In this document: positions 1-15,964 of the stretch, in pieces | Numbering within the stretch: position 1 is the stretch's first letter | Layout: the number at the start of each line of letters is the position of its first letter | Source: Felis catus | Taxonomy: Eukaryota | NCBI RefSeq assembly: GCF_018350175.1 | Contig: NC_058368.1 | Span: 234,300,001-234,364,000, forward strand | DNA length: 64,000 nt | Direction: 5' to 3' | Program-made: the position numbers and the translations under genes | The notes under the pieces: generated by a model | Told to the model about the DNA's origin: nothing | The model's database searches: none | What the model saw: only the letters and a program-made list of their open reading frames with translations

Positions 1-531
1 CCAGGCTGTGGCTGAGGATTCTGGCACGCGCACTCCACGCAGGGGGGCGGTGGGGGGGGGGGGGCTGCAGCTGACACTCACTGCTCTGTAACAATTTTTA
101 GATACTTCCTTGTAAGTTCTAAATGTGTCACATTTTAAGTTACATTCTGTTTGGCTGTTTCAAACGTGTTATTTCTGAGTGATATAATTTGACCTACGAG
201 AGACGGAGACGGACGCGTTTCACTGGAAAGTCTTACCAGTACGCAGTGGTATCACACATCCCCTTGTCAGAAACGGCACGTAAATAGCGTCGTTTGAGTG
301 GCGTTCCTGAACCCGCCGGGCTGGCGTGGAATACGAGCGCAGACTGCCTTTCGGCCCCATTTCTTCTGCGCACAGCCTGGCACGTCAGCTGGATTCCGAT
401 TTCCTGAACCAGTGATAAAATAATTTTCGCTGCTCTATTTAGAAACTTCAGGGATACGAACTTAGAGAAGCTCCCCCTCCTCTTGAAAGGAAAGCAAACG
501 TTCAAACACAGACACCACCTGGTTTCCAAAG

Positions 532-537
532 TTTATT
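532..537 (-). terminator. distal polyadenylation signal AATAAA
   Basis: tttatt on plus; upstream UGUA (562-565); downstream GU-rich GGUGGUGUCUGUGUUUG. Confidence 0.82.
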
Positions 538-633
538 AAAAATCAAAGAATAGAAAAACTTTACATAAAAATATGTCAATTTTAGCTTCCACATTGTTGT
601 CCACACACAAAAAAAATCGAAACATGATATCGT

Positions 634-639
634 TTTATT
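634..639 (-). terminator. proximal candidate polyadenylation signal AATAAA
   Basis: tttatt on plus; followed ~20 nt downstream on the mRNA by a U-run then GUGUGUGG. Confidence 0.55.
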
Positions 640-2605
640 CAACCTGTAGCGCGTGACCACAGTGGTAGCCAGGCCAATTCATTCGGTTCACCATGACGGG
701 GACGGGGTGTGGCGCCTGTGTCTACGAATCGAGCTTTAAAATGCACACCCCCGGGGCCCTCGCCCCGAGGTGGCTCCTTGATGTAGGGTTACAGTCAATA
801 TTGCTAATGTGCGGAGATTAGTACAGGCCTACGTATCAGTTTTTATAAATATTTCTTTATCAATAGATTCACAATTTAAATATCTTTAAATATTTTTGAT
901 AACTTTCGATCAACAAGAACTGCAGACATGTGCTACTCTGTTCTGGAACGCCGCCCCCCCCTCCCCACCACCCCGACAGCCCACAGCCCCAGCTCTCGAC
1001 GGCGCTGTGAGCCAGTCCTGGGTCCGAGGCCGGCCGCAACAATGCGGAGCCGCCCTCCCTGGGGCCCCACCACCAGGCCGCACTCCAGAGCGCCCACTCG
1101 GCACATCGATCAGGTGTCATGGCAGTAAGTCTCGCGACTCGACGTTCTCCACTAGTGGACTTCAAAGACCAGCCTACCTGTAGTGTTCAGCAGGGCCGGA
1201 ACCCCCATTTTAGAACTGGGGGCTCAGACGGCCTCTGAGATGCAGCCAACAACACCCAGGACAACTGTGGTGCTCCGAAAACTCAGGGTTAGGCAGGATG
1301 GACATATTCTTGTTGAGAACAAGGCCAAGGACAGTGGCCGCCGCGGCAGACTGCGCCCGCGTACTACGCCTGTAGGCTTCTCCAGTCGGGCGCCAGCCGC
1401 CCCCGGCCCCACCCCTGGGCTGTGCTCTCCTGCGATACGTTAAAAATACTCCCCACGGTGCACTGAGCAGCTGAAGGACTCCTCATAGGTTTGCTCTTAA
1501 CAGAACGAAGGCATACTGCTATACAGATTCCTCAACGGAATCAACATAATTCCTTTCTCCACATTCCTAAAACTGGGTACCATTGTCCGTACTGATATTC
1601 ACCAGACCCATCCTTACAGGCCACGTTACTAAAACTGACGGAAGCATCTCAAAGTTCACATTTGTTTTTTTTAGGATTTTATAATGTGACAACCCTTTCT
1701 CCCCTTGGAAAGTTCTGGCACTTTAAATGCTGGATTTGTTGTCTACTTTAAAAGAACCAAAAACCAAAACGTTAAGCTCTGCGGTCAGAGCGAGACAACA
1801 GACGGGCCGGAGGGCAGGGCCGGCGGGCAGCTGGTCAGAGGGCTTGGGGGCCGAGCCGCTTCCGAGAACCGCCGGGGCCACTCGGCTCCCCCGCCGGGCG
1901 CTGAGAGGCCTCGCCCGCGTCTGACCAAAAGGAAAACACGAAAACAAACCCCGAGCCCCTCACTCGCGGTGTTGGTAACGGTGCTCATCAGACAACCAGC
2001 CGACACGATGAACCCAACTTAGAAAATGCGACTCGGGAAAGGACCTAAGCTTGTTTAAAAAAAACCTCCTCCCTTAAATATAACTTATGTGAAAATATGA
2101 ATTAAATAAAAATATCTGAGTTATTGCACAAATCATAACTTTTCAGTATTTACATAGAAAAACAGTTCTGACACGGGACACGAAGCGTGAGGGCAGTGAG
2201 ACGATGGCGGCCTCCCCGCCCCGCCCGCCGAGGAGGACACGAGACCGGGGTCGGCCTCTGTGGCTCCGACAGACGCGCCACGAGGGAGCCAGACCCGCTG
2301 CCGAGGAGCGCCGAGGCCGACGTCGTGTCCTGCAGGCCCCGTCCAGGCCCGCCCAGGCGCCGAGGGAGACGCCCGGGAAGGCGGAGGACAGCGTCCGCGC
2401 CGAGTAAGGCTTCACAGACGAGCACAGGGAGCTGTTCTTGAAGATGGACGCGACCACCACACGAGGAACATGCAGAGTGAGCGGCGGCGGGCGCCCCGAG
2501 GGGCCCGGCCCGCGTGCTGGATGCTGGTCTCAGTTCCCGGCCGGGCGCAAGGCCGCCCGGCGTGAGTCTGCGGAGAGCGGGGGCCAGGAGGCGCCGTCGG
2601 GGCCA

Positions 2606-3217
<612 letters not shown>

Positions 3218-4331
3218 CTAAGGGGCCCCTCGGTTTTTTTCCTCCGCTTTGGCTCTGAAATTCTGGAACACGTGCACGAGCTCTGTGCCCAGGAGGCTGG
3301 GGGCTCGAGCCCCCGGGGGTGTGACGCTGGACACGCCGTGGCCGGCGCTTGGCGCTCCTACGCCCGAAACCCCACGCAAAGCAGAGCGGAGGAAACATGC
3401 CCGCGGTCAGGAGTGTCGCAGCAAACAAGCAGCAGGGGGTGGGAAGCAAAGCCAAGCAAAGCAAAGGCTCACGAAGGTGCCTCCCTTCTCGAAGTCGTCC
3501 CTTCACCCTGTTTCTAGCAGGGCAGCGTGATGCCCGTGGGGTGCCGTGAACACCCCTCGTGACAGGATGGGTAAATCCAGGAAGGAATGTCTATTACTCG
3601 GCCCCAAATAGAAAAACCAGTCAGGACTTAATGACCTAGCTCCAAAGAGCCAGACCTTAAGCATCAAAAATTCACTGGCAAAACACGATCAGATAAGCAT
3701 CAGAGAAACTGACTGGAGTCATCGAGGGGAGTGTCCCCGTATCCTCAGAGACAGGGGACATTCGCCTGGGGACACTGCACCCTCATTCCCACGGGCAGAC
3801 GCCCGCTCTCGGAAACACTCCGGCGCTTTGAGAGCATACGAAGTTGATGATGACCTGTTTTCCCATCACCCAAGTTTCTCACGTGCAGCATCTGGAGAAG
3901 CCACAGGGGAACGGACATGAGCATTCGCAGGGACCCCGGCGAAACCAGGTCAGATGCGGGCCCTCTCAGCGCACCCCGGCCCCTCTCCACCCCAGGGCGC
4001 ACACACAAAGAAGGGGGGTGAGATCACACGGCCACACCTTGCACTGGGCCACGCCAGCATTTGTTCTGGATTGTACCACTGGCTTCTTGAAATCCAAAGC
4101 ATTTGGCATATAATTAACAAATGAACATGAAAACAAAATATTCCCCACTTTCAACCTTCTTTCCAACTTCAGTTTTATGCTAACAGGTTCAATCAAAGAA
4201 TTATGGGAGATGCTTAAAACTATATTACACCTGAAAATATCTTAATACTTTTCTTTCATTACAAACAAAAGCAAACATGCATTTTGTTATGGATTATCAG
4301 AAAACAATTCCACCTTAAAGAACGTCTCTGT

Positions 4332-4809
<478 letters not shown>

Positions 4810-6042
4810 CTAGGAACAGAAGGAGCAGAGACATCAGCGAGGCAGCAGGCCGACAGAGGTCACGGTCCCAGTTGTCATGCTGAGCCCGAGAAGGGAGGGC
4901 GCTAATTTGGAACAGTGCCTGGCAAACAGGTTCACGAACGTTGTTTGTGTTTTCCTATCACCTGACAAGACTTTGTTTTGCCGCAAGAATACTTCACATT
5001 CTGAAACAGCATTTGCAGTGTGAAGTCTGCCCGGGAGGCCAAGTCATAAAAGCTTTTGCTCTTCCTGGAAGACCAAACACCAATGTAACAAACGAGTCAT
5101 CGGAGTGACAACCACCCCTCGCATCTCTGGAAAGAGCTGAAGCACAGTCCCCGCCCCAACACAGGCTCAGAGGCCGCGGGCTGGCCTGTGGAGGGGTGCT
5201 GGGGAAGGCTGGCCCCTCCCTGTCCTCTCCGGCCCCTGGACTGCTTCTGTCTCTGCACAGGGTGCCCCTGGGAACTCTCTCAGACCGTTGAGAAAGGCAC
5301 TGCCCACATCTTAGGTTCCTCCATGTGCCCCACAGGCCCTTGGGGACCGCAGCCCCCACCCTGACAGCGCCTGGAACAGGTTGCTGGGACAGGTGCTGGG
5401 GTGTCCCAGATGGCACTCCGAGGCTGTGACACCTGCAGCCGCAGGGCGGCAAGGGCACCGGACACAGGCAGCGGCCCTTCCTTACGCTCTACCAAATGAA
5501 GCTCCCCACCGGGGCCTGCAGCGCACACGGGCCCTCTCTCTTGTCAGTGGGCGCTCTGCCCTGCCCAGGAGCTGGCGTCACCGGGAAGAGCCCAGTGGGT
5601 CTGACAGACTCATGCCCCAGCTCCACGTGCCCATTTCGTCTCGAGCGGGGGACGCCTCCATGGAGACCGCACGCACAAGATATTGCAGACAGGAGCGGTT
5701 TACTCAGTTACTCTGCTAGAAGTAATGTCTGAAGTTCAGAAAGAAAACGAAGTGGGCCTCAAGCCGTGGCTTCAAATCTGAACGACCGCAGCTTTAGGCT
5801 CACTCACTGTCAGCACGAGTGACAGAGCAGACCACGGCACCAGCACCCGGCCTTCGACCTATCCCCCAAACATTCCTGCACTTCCTGCCAGAATCACACG
5901 GTCGGCATTGGCTGGACCACCACGCAGCGGCCGCACTGGCCTTTGGGGGACCGGGGGCCTCAGGCAAGGTCAGACCTGATGACTGATCCAGGAAGACCGT
6001 GGCCACTACCACCCCCAGAGTTCGTGGCAGGATATATTTTGT

Positions 6043-6248
6043 TTTTAATTTTTTTTAAGTTTATTTATCGAGAGAGAGAGTACGAACAGGGGAGGGCCAG
6101 GGAGAGGGAGGGAGGGAGAATCCCAAGCAGGCTCCACGGGGACAGTGTGGAGGCCGACGTGGGGCTCCAACTCACGAACCGTGAGATCACGACCCGAGCC
6201 GCAATCACAAGTCGGACGTTGAACCGACTGAGCCCCCCAGGCGCCCCC
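6043..6248 (-). mobile_element. CAN/SINEC SINE
   Basis: reverse complement of ggggcgcctggggggctcagtcggttcaacgtccgac..., T-rich tail at left. Confidence 0.88.
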
Positions 6249-6996
6249 AGAATCCACGTTCATAGCACAGGAAGCCGCCTCAGCATGGGCCCTCCCGCCT
6301 GCCACCGTCGCCACCCCGTGTCGCGGCACGCTGCCCTCGGCCTGCGGTCTGGGGCGCGTCCTGTGAGGACACCCTCCCGGGGCAAAGCTCCAAGCCACAG
6401 AGAAATGAGCCCGTACGTTTGCGCCCACGTCCCTCTACGCTCACCTCATAACCCGCACTGTAGAGATGACCTTTCTTGAAAGGCAAATCCACGTGTTGGG
6501 TTTCTCCACACACGCACTCAATTGTGTGTAATTGGGAAGAGCCACCAGATTTAGTGTTTTTTGAGATTACCTTTCAGACATCTAGTTTTGTCTAAATTAA
6601 AAAACAACAACAACAGGAAACATATTCTAACAGGAAAAGCCCTATAAATACTGCCTAATGAGTGACATGAGAGAGTCGAAGTTTTTGGAGACCGGGAGAG
6701 GACGCCGAGACCACGCTCCTCCCTGCCCAGGGGCAGCGCCAGACCCGCCAACGACAACAGTCGCACGCGGGGCTCAGAGGCGTCTTGAGACAGACGGTCG
6801 GCCCGCTCCCCGTCAAGAGCCCTGTCAGGGTGGGAGGCCAGCTGTCCCCCCAGTGCACGCCTGCCCAGAGTGGGCCTCGGGGACGCGCTCTCCCGCAGAA
6901 CGACCCAAGTCACAGCCCACCAATCCGCGAAAGACGAGGGTTTCCTGCGAGGCAGAAACGTGCCTGCCGCAGACTTCAGGAGTCGTTTATGCCTCA

Positions 6997-7404
<408 letters not shown>

Positions 7405-7590
7405 TTAAAAAGCCACTCGAGGGCGTCCGCCCTAGCGACGTGTGGACAGCACGCTGGCTCCTGGGGCCCGCGGAGACCGGGGTCCCCGACTGTCGGCAGA
7501 GGCCCGTGGCAGAGCGGGGACCCGTCGGTGCGGTCTTGGGGTGCCCCCCACCCACACACGCACGGAGGGGAGAGGACCCCCGGGCTGCTA

Positions 7591-7944
<354 letters not shown>

Positions 7945-8069
7945 CTAATTTTATTCAATTTTCTTAGTTTTTAAAGCTGTGTGTTTCAGCACTGGGACAC
8001 CTTCAACTGTGCTTAGAACAAGGTGGCTATGGGAACAGTTTCTGGCTGTAAACCTTACGAAATCTGAAC

Positions 8070-8285
8070 ACACAGCCCATGTCTGAGGAGCGTGCGGTGT
8101 GCACGCGGGGTCTCACGGGCCGAGCAGTAAAATCTCTCAAAAATGTTTTATACACGTCGCGTGTTGAACAGAAGTTGAATAAAATACGTGAAAATGAGTT
8201 TCACCTGTTTCTTTTCACATTTTTAATGCAGTTACTAGAAGAGACGCTACAAGTCCACGTGTGGCACACGTCGTATGTCCAGGGG
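8070..8285. mobile_element. hAT-Charlie remnant (MER33-like)
   Basis: aataaaatacgtgaaaatgagtttcacctgtttcttttcacatttttaatgcagttactagaa...cacgtgtggc. Confidence 0.6.
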
Positions 8286-8289
8286 CCTA

Positions 8290-8556
<267 letters not shown>

Positions 8557-9553
8557 TCAGCGGAGGGCGGCAGCTACTATGAGCCCACAAGCCCTTCCGA
8601 CCGGCTATTCTCTATTTTTAACAACGTATCCCTTTGCTAAGTGAAAGATAGTAGGAAGAAAGCTAAAATAAGTTTACAAAGTATATATGAATTCTGATGC
8701 TTGAGCCCAGATGTGCTTTGAGATCATAGCATAGAAATGGTGGGCTCGCTTATACAGACGTCCCGGGGCCTACAGCTACCTACAAAAGACGGTTTCCAGG
8801 AGGTGTCTAAGCAGGGGAGTGCCCCCCCGCCCCGCCCAGCACTCACGAAGGTCGGACATGGCGTTATCCCCTGCGGAGGCAGCCAGGGCCGAGACTCCCA
8901 GCACCCAGCACCGGGCCGAAAGCCCTGCCGGAGAGCACCGTGCGCGGAATAATGAGGCTCGAAACCCTCGACAAGCCGATCACCGGTAGTGCCGGGCCTC
9001 AAACTCCCCGTCCGGCACAGTTTCCACGAGCACTGGCCACCACCTCATTGTTCTTCCTTCCCACCGCCCCCTCACTCCGTCCGCCCCCCCCCAGCCATGC
9101 CGCAGGCACGTCTCACAACCCGTAAGAGTCCTCTGAAATGGAGACTCAAGAACGAGCACGCACAGGGAGGAGGGCTGGGGCCTGTGCGCCCAGAGGCCCA
9201 GACGCACTCACTCAGAACTCAGTATGTGCATTTTGAAGACAGCCTCAAGGGAATGCATCACGTTCCCAAGTTTTAAAAAGCCAGAAATCACTTCCCCAAA
9301 ATCAAACGCCCTGAAGAAACCGCCAAGTCCCCAAACAAGAAAGTTTCGGTGCCGAGCCACCCTGAACTCCCGCCCGGCCTTCCTCATCAGCGTCTTCCTG
9401 GGCTACACGGCGGGGGCACATCTGCCAGTAACTTCACGGAAGCAATGACAGAGGCAGGCGGGGCAGGCGGGGCCGGCTCCGCAGAGGCCAAGGTGTGTGG
9501 CCGCCACACCGCAGGGGCCGCGAGCCCAGGACAGCGACAGGGGACTTGCGTTA

Positions 9554-9835
<282 letters not shown>

Positions 9836-10898
9836 TCACTGGCGCCATCTCCTGACGTTCGCGGGCTACGATCCGGGTCTACCTCTGTGCGATGTCATTC
9901 AGAGACAGAGTGACAGTCCGTGAAAAAGTCAGGCAGCTCCCCAGGTGGCAAAGACACCAGAGAGTCAAGGCAGCGACTGTGACCGACCACGGTGGTGCTG
10001 GCCAGGCGTGCACGAGGCGGGCGGCTGGCCCGAGACACAGCAATCCCGTTAGCACTGCCGGGACCCGCGGGGAAGCCCGCCCTTCGGGGCGGAAGGCCGC
10101 AGGCCCAGACTCTCCCACGGTGAGGACCAGCCGGGCGCGGGGCGCATGGAGCCAACAGGGAAGTCACCAAGTGAGCCACAGTCGAGGAACTTTTGTCACA
10201 GGACAGTTTTGAATTTTAATCAGCATCCTTCACAATCCAAGCAAGCAGGGCTTTTTTAGGAGACATTCTAAGTATTGGGATTTTTCCTTTTCCAGATTTG
10301 GTAATACAATCCAGTGATAACGTGGGCTTTCCTCTTTTAAGTACATTTAAGCAGATAGTGAAGACACTGGAAATACCTCCAACTTAACTGATCAGACACA
10401 GACAGACGTGAAATGTGTTCCTACACTGCTGGGGAATCACTACAGAAAAAGCACGGCCTTAAGTCACGTCATTTATGAACGACAGAACAGTCAGCGCATT
10501 TCCTTTCAAGAGGCTGTTAAGTAAATTCCACACTCCAGCAGCCCCGAAACAAAACAAAAAAACTGTTACACTTGAGGACACTAAAAAATATACAGTAACT
10601 GGACAAGAAACGCCAAACACAGATGTGAGAGACAAGCTGGGGAGAAATAAAGGACAGCGTGATGACAAGGAAAGCTTCCCTAACACTCGCGCAGGATCTC
10701 CCAGAACCACTCAGGGTGAAGGGCAGTGTCCCTGGAGCTGACATCCCGCCCCCCCCCTTCTCTGTCACCTGTGCGTCACTGATTTTATCACCAACAGTAA
10801 GAACAGTGTCTCACCTAATAGACGCTCAATAAACATTTGTGGAATCGATAGATAAAAATTGGGTCAACCTCACTAAACCACGAAAGAAATCTAAATTC

Positions 10899-11114
10899 GG
10901 AGCACGTGGGTGGCTCAGTCGGGTGGGTGTCCGATTTCGGCTCAGGTCACGATCTCACGGTTCATGAGTCTGAGCCCCGCGTCACGCTCTGTGTTGACGG
11001 CTCGGAGCCTGGAGCCTGCTTCGGATTCTGTGTCTCCTTCTCTCTCTGCCCCTCCCCAACTTGTGCTCTATGTCTCTCAAAAAATAAATAAATGTAAAAA
11101 AAAAAAAAAAAAAA
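10899..11114 (+). mobile_element. CAN/SINEC SINE
   Basis: full body plus poly(A); TSD aaagaaatctaaa(t/c)tc at 10883-10898 and 11115-11130. Confidence 0.92.
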
Positions 11115-11179
11115 AAAGAAATCTAAACTCAATGAAAATTTATACTACGTGGTTCTGTTAGACCAGCAAAGATTAAGAA

Positions 11180-11560
11180 GACTGTCCCTACACTAACGGG
11201 GACATGAGCGCCATCAAATCCGCTCGTGGGAATAAAAGTGGAGAAAGAGGAGGCCGCCTCAGGACCGTCTGCGCGGCAATCCTTGTAGGAGAACACGCCT
11301 ACGCACAGAGGAAAGGGGCCTGGGATGCGCTGTTAACTAGAACGACGAGTTGTAAAGCTGTGTGCATCATGGGGGCCACTTAATTAGTAAGATTACAATA
11401 ATAAATGTTAATATCCGTGTAGGAAAAACCTGGAGAGATAACACGCCGAAACGGAAGGGGATTGTGGCACACTTTCATTTTCTGTGTGACCTGCTTCTCA
11501 GAAGTGAATGGTCTACGATGGATATGTGGATATGTTATACTTTACTAATCAGAAAAAATA
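11180..11560 (+). mobile_element. ancient L1ME-like 3' fragment
   Basis: weak resemblance to the L1ME 3' end, finishing atgttatactttactaatcagaaaaaata. Confidence 0.4.
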
Positions 11561-11678
11561 CACTTTTCTTAATTTTCACTTTCTACATTTTTCTGGTTAA
11601 TCAAGGAATGGAAACAAAACTCCGACGTTGTAAGAACTAGAAGCATTAAACGAAAGAGTTCTGAAGGTATCCCGCTTA

Positions 11679-12074
<396 letters not shown>

Positions 12075-12719
12075 TCAAGTCACTTTCTAAATAGACGGCA
12101 TGAAATCAGGAGACCTACAGGTCTCTCCAAGGCAATGCCCTCTGGGGCACCTGCTCTCACCAGTTCTGTGAGGACGCTCCGAGCAGCAGAGGGGAGGCCC
12201 TAACCGAGCCTGGAGAGCCTTCGTCAACAGAGAGAGTTCAGAAGAAATAAAACCTTCTCATCTCTGTTTTTTTATTACAGTTTAATTCTCCGAAATTCGT
12301 GACCCACAGAGCATCTTCCTACTAACGCAGACATGTGATTAGCCACAGATTAGCAAATACCGATAAATACGCAGACTGTCTTCTCCACAACGTAGAGTCC
12401 TCTGGCCGGTGAATGCAACGTTACAGACTCCATCCAACCTTAATTCCGTTATTCCAAAATACAACCCATAGGGGGCAGTATCAGACCAGAGAGTGTCACA
12501 GCGTGACATGCAACCAGAATGTGAGATTAATTTTAACTGTGTACAGGTGATTAGTACTGTGTCATAACATTTACACCAAATTCACATCCCTGCTCGTCAC
12601 ACGGATTAGTGCCAGCCTCAGTTTGGTGCCCCATTTTCTGTAAGCGGGTGACGGACTTATTCTGAACCTAGGACGCAGCCTCTCGATACCCTCCTGGTTT
12701 AAGAGGCTCGGGAGGCAGG

Positions 12720-12970
12720 CCTGCGCTGCCCACAGTGACAGCCACAAGCCACGTGTGGCCATTCATAGTTAAACTAATTAAAACAGATTAACTGAAAACT
12801 CCGTCGGCCTTGCTGGCCAGGCTGCGAGGGCTCAGCGGGCACGTGTGCTCATGGCGCCACCACGGGACACGTGGGGCGCCACCGCGGGACACGTGGGGCG
12901 TCACGCCGGCCGGGGCAGGCCTGGAGAACGACGGCCACGTCCGGGTGAAAGCCACAGTTCCTGAAAACTC
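12720..12970. mobile_element. hAT-Charlie remnant (MER3-like), GC-drifted
   Basis: gccacaagccacgtgtggccatt...ttaaactaattaaaa...gggctcagcgggcacgtgtg. Confidence 0.5.
12853..12900. repeat. 22-bp tandem duplication ggcgccacc(a/g)cgggacacgtgg x2
   Basis: units at 12853-12874 and 12875-12896, one mismatch. Confidence 0.9.
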
Positions 12971-14251
12971 ACACAGGCCCCTGAGGAGAGACAGCTCCTG
13001 GCACCGACAGGTGTTTCCGGGGCTCACAAGAACGGAGGGTGTGCACGTGCCAACGGCACAAGGGCAGCATTCGTGCTTCTCTTCCTTCCTGCTTGCCCTC
13101 AGTCAAAACCAAGTACCTGAGCGCCACCCAGTGCAAGGTTGGGGCTCTCACCTCGGTGGGCCGCGAAATGGGCTCAGACGCTGCTAGGGGCCCAGGCTCG
13201 CGGCACGATGCACCGGGCAGCAGGGGGCACGAGGCCAGTGGCAATCCCACGCACACCGCGTGTGGCCTTCTGCGGGGTCACAGGACTGCGCCCGGGACCC
13301 CGTGGGGAATGTGCCAGGAGGCACCGAGCTCAGTGCCCGGCACCATAAAAACAGGCAGTGGCCATGACGACAGGCGACTGAAATAGCTCCAATCAGGAAA
13401 ACGGGAGGGAATCAGAACAGTAGGTTGTACTTAGTTCAAAATAATGGGAAGAACGGGTCCAAGGGCAGCATCACGGAGGCCAAAGTGGAGGCAAAGCGCT
13501 GGGAGCAAACTGTAAGAAAACAGGTGTGGAATCCCAGTCTCGCTCTTCTTAACGCATCTCCGGCAGAGACGTGCCCCGGAGTCAGAGGAGTCAGACTAAT
13601 GAAAGGCGGTGTGACCATGCCTTGAGCCAGCAGTATGAACAATAAGGAGAAAAAGGGGCCAAACCTTGGATATAAAATCCCAAGCACGATCACAAGTACA
13701 AAAATCAACAGTAAACACGGAGGAGTAGCCCGGCACAGCTAAAATACACACGCAAGGTTTGTGTGACGAACAGAGAATCCTTCAAGAAAATGTAAACGGG
13801 GTCATCAAGGTTTCCATTCACCTAGAAACTGTCTTACATGGTAACAAGTGTAAGCACAGTTTATCAACGTCCCAGCATTGAACACGGGGAGGTTTTCTAC
13901 TGACAGGCTGCTCCACGGTCCTCAACAAAACAAGGGCAAGGTAAAATTCAAGACCAAGTATTTGTGTCTTGTCAATCTGAGAGAAAAGACTCTCTCTTCA
14001 GCAACTTTTTCAATTGTATATGGTACCCAATCTTTTTCTGCGACAAATTTTTAATAAGCCACAGTTAGTAACCAAGAAAACCAGCTTTTTACGGTCTATC
14101 GAGGCACGAGAGCATCCACATGTACGGAGCGCTCCAGTTCAGACTGGTGCACGCCTGACTGCTCTGACCAGACAAGCCCGCCCTCCCTGTAGCAGCTCAA
14201 TCAATTAAAAAAATAACCTATAAAGGAGAGAAATGAAAGAAGCATTCATCA

Positions 14252-14602
<351 letters not shown>

Positions 14603-15688
14603 TTAGTTAATATACCTTTAAAGATTTCACATAGCCAATTTCACATAGTAGGAAGAAAAGCTTAATCCTCTTGCCACTTGGAAGGCTCTGGGCCCGTCAT
14701 CCTCAAACTTTAGGGGCCTGAGAATTCATTATGTGAGGGGCTTATTAAGACATGCCCCACCCCCCACCAGGAGCCACATCCCGGGTTATGGTTCTGCAGG
14801 GATGAGGTAGGGACACTTGCATGAACAATCCCCAAAGAGGAGGTCAGGGAACAATGAGTGTATTCCTTCAAATGATTTCCCATGGCCCGGCTTGCCCTGT
14901 GACAGGTGCAGGGTGGGGGGCGAGGAGGCGGAGAGGAGGGATGTGGCAGTGAGCCAGGAAGAACCCGGAAACAACACCCGAGGCACCCAGAGAGGACCAA
15001 GTGGGGTGTGTGTGTGCAGCTCATGAGTCGGGAGGACAGGAGCAGAGGGCCACGGAGAGCAGGGTGAAGGGAACAAGGAAATGCAGAGGCTGGAGAAGCA
15101 GGGGGGTGGGGGGTGAGGGGTGGGGGGGTGGGGAGACAGTGTGGAAGCTGCTGTTGTTTTTCACGTTCTGCTGTGGCAGAGGAAAGGGAACAACTGAAGG
15201 ACCAGGGTCCCTGGGCCTGCAGGAAGAGGCAGCGTCCAGACGGTGACACTGGGGTTGCCTCTGTGAGGGGCTTCGCCTCTTTCCCTGTAACAGGAGGGAA
15301 AGACCGCCTGTCGCACTGGACCCCCCCACACCTGTTGGGCTCAGTGAACAAGTCGGCTACCCCGCCCTCAGGCACCGAGACAATCCAAAGTAAGCAAACT
15401 ATGTCAGGACGTCTTCCACTTCCGGTAAACTACCCTCGCAAATCAGGCACACTGAGCTCCAGGGACAGTCAGTTTGTAATAATGAGAAAGAACATCTTAA
15501 CCAAGCTCTCTAAAATAACACTCTACTTCCTGGTCAGCGTGGAAAGTGAAAACTTACAAAAGAGCTACACAATTTCAAAGCATCTCTAGAAATAATATCG
15601 GAGATAAGTAATTCAACTGTATTGCCTTTATCATGAAGACTATCACAGAGTTTAAAGTGAGATGCTGACGTAACAAGGCCCGTTTTTA

Positions 15689-15964
<276 letters not shown>

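Larger units (their letters stand above)
515..2605 (-). other. TENT4A: TENT4A 3' UTR (~2.1 kb)
   Basis: Lies between the TAA and the distal AATAAA; AU-rich blocks at ~520-930 and ~2050-2165; cleavage position approximate. Confidence 0.8.

Noticed and set aside
1718..1724. miR-17 family seed match GCACTTT
   Set aside because: It is on the plus strand, opposite to the TENT4A mRNA
2350..2359. CNGG(N) stem-loop (CGC-CUGG-GCG) in the 3' UTR as a ZCCHC14/TENT4 autoregulatory element
   Set aside because: The stem is only 3 bp in very GC-rich sequence, so it is expected by chance
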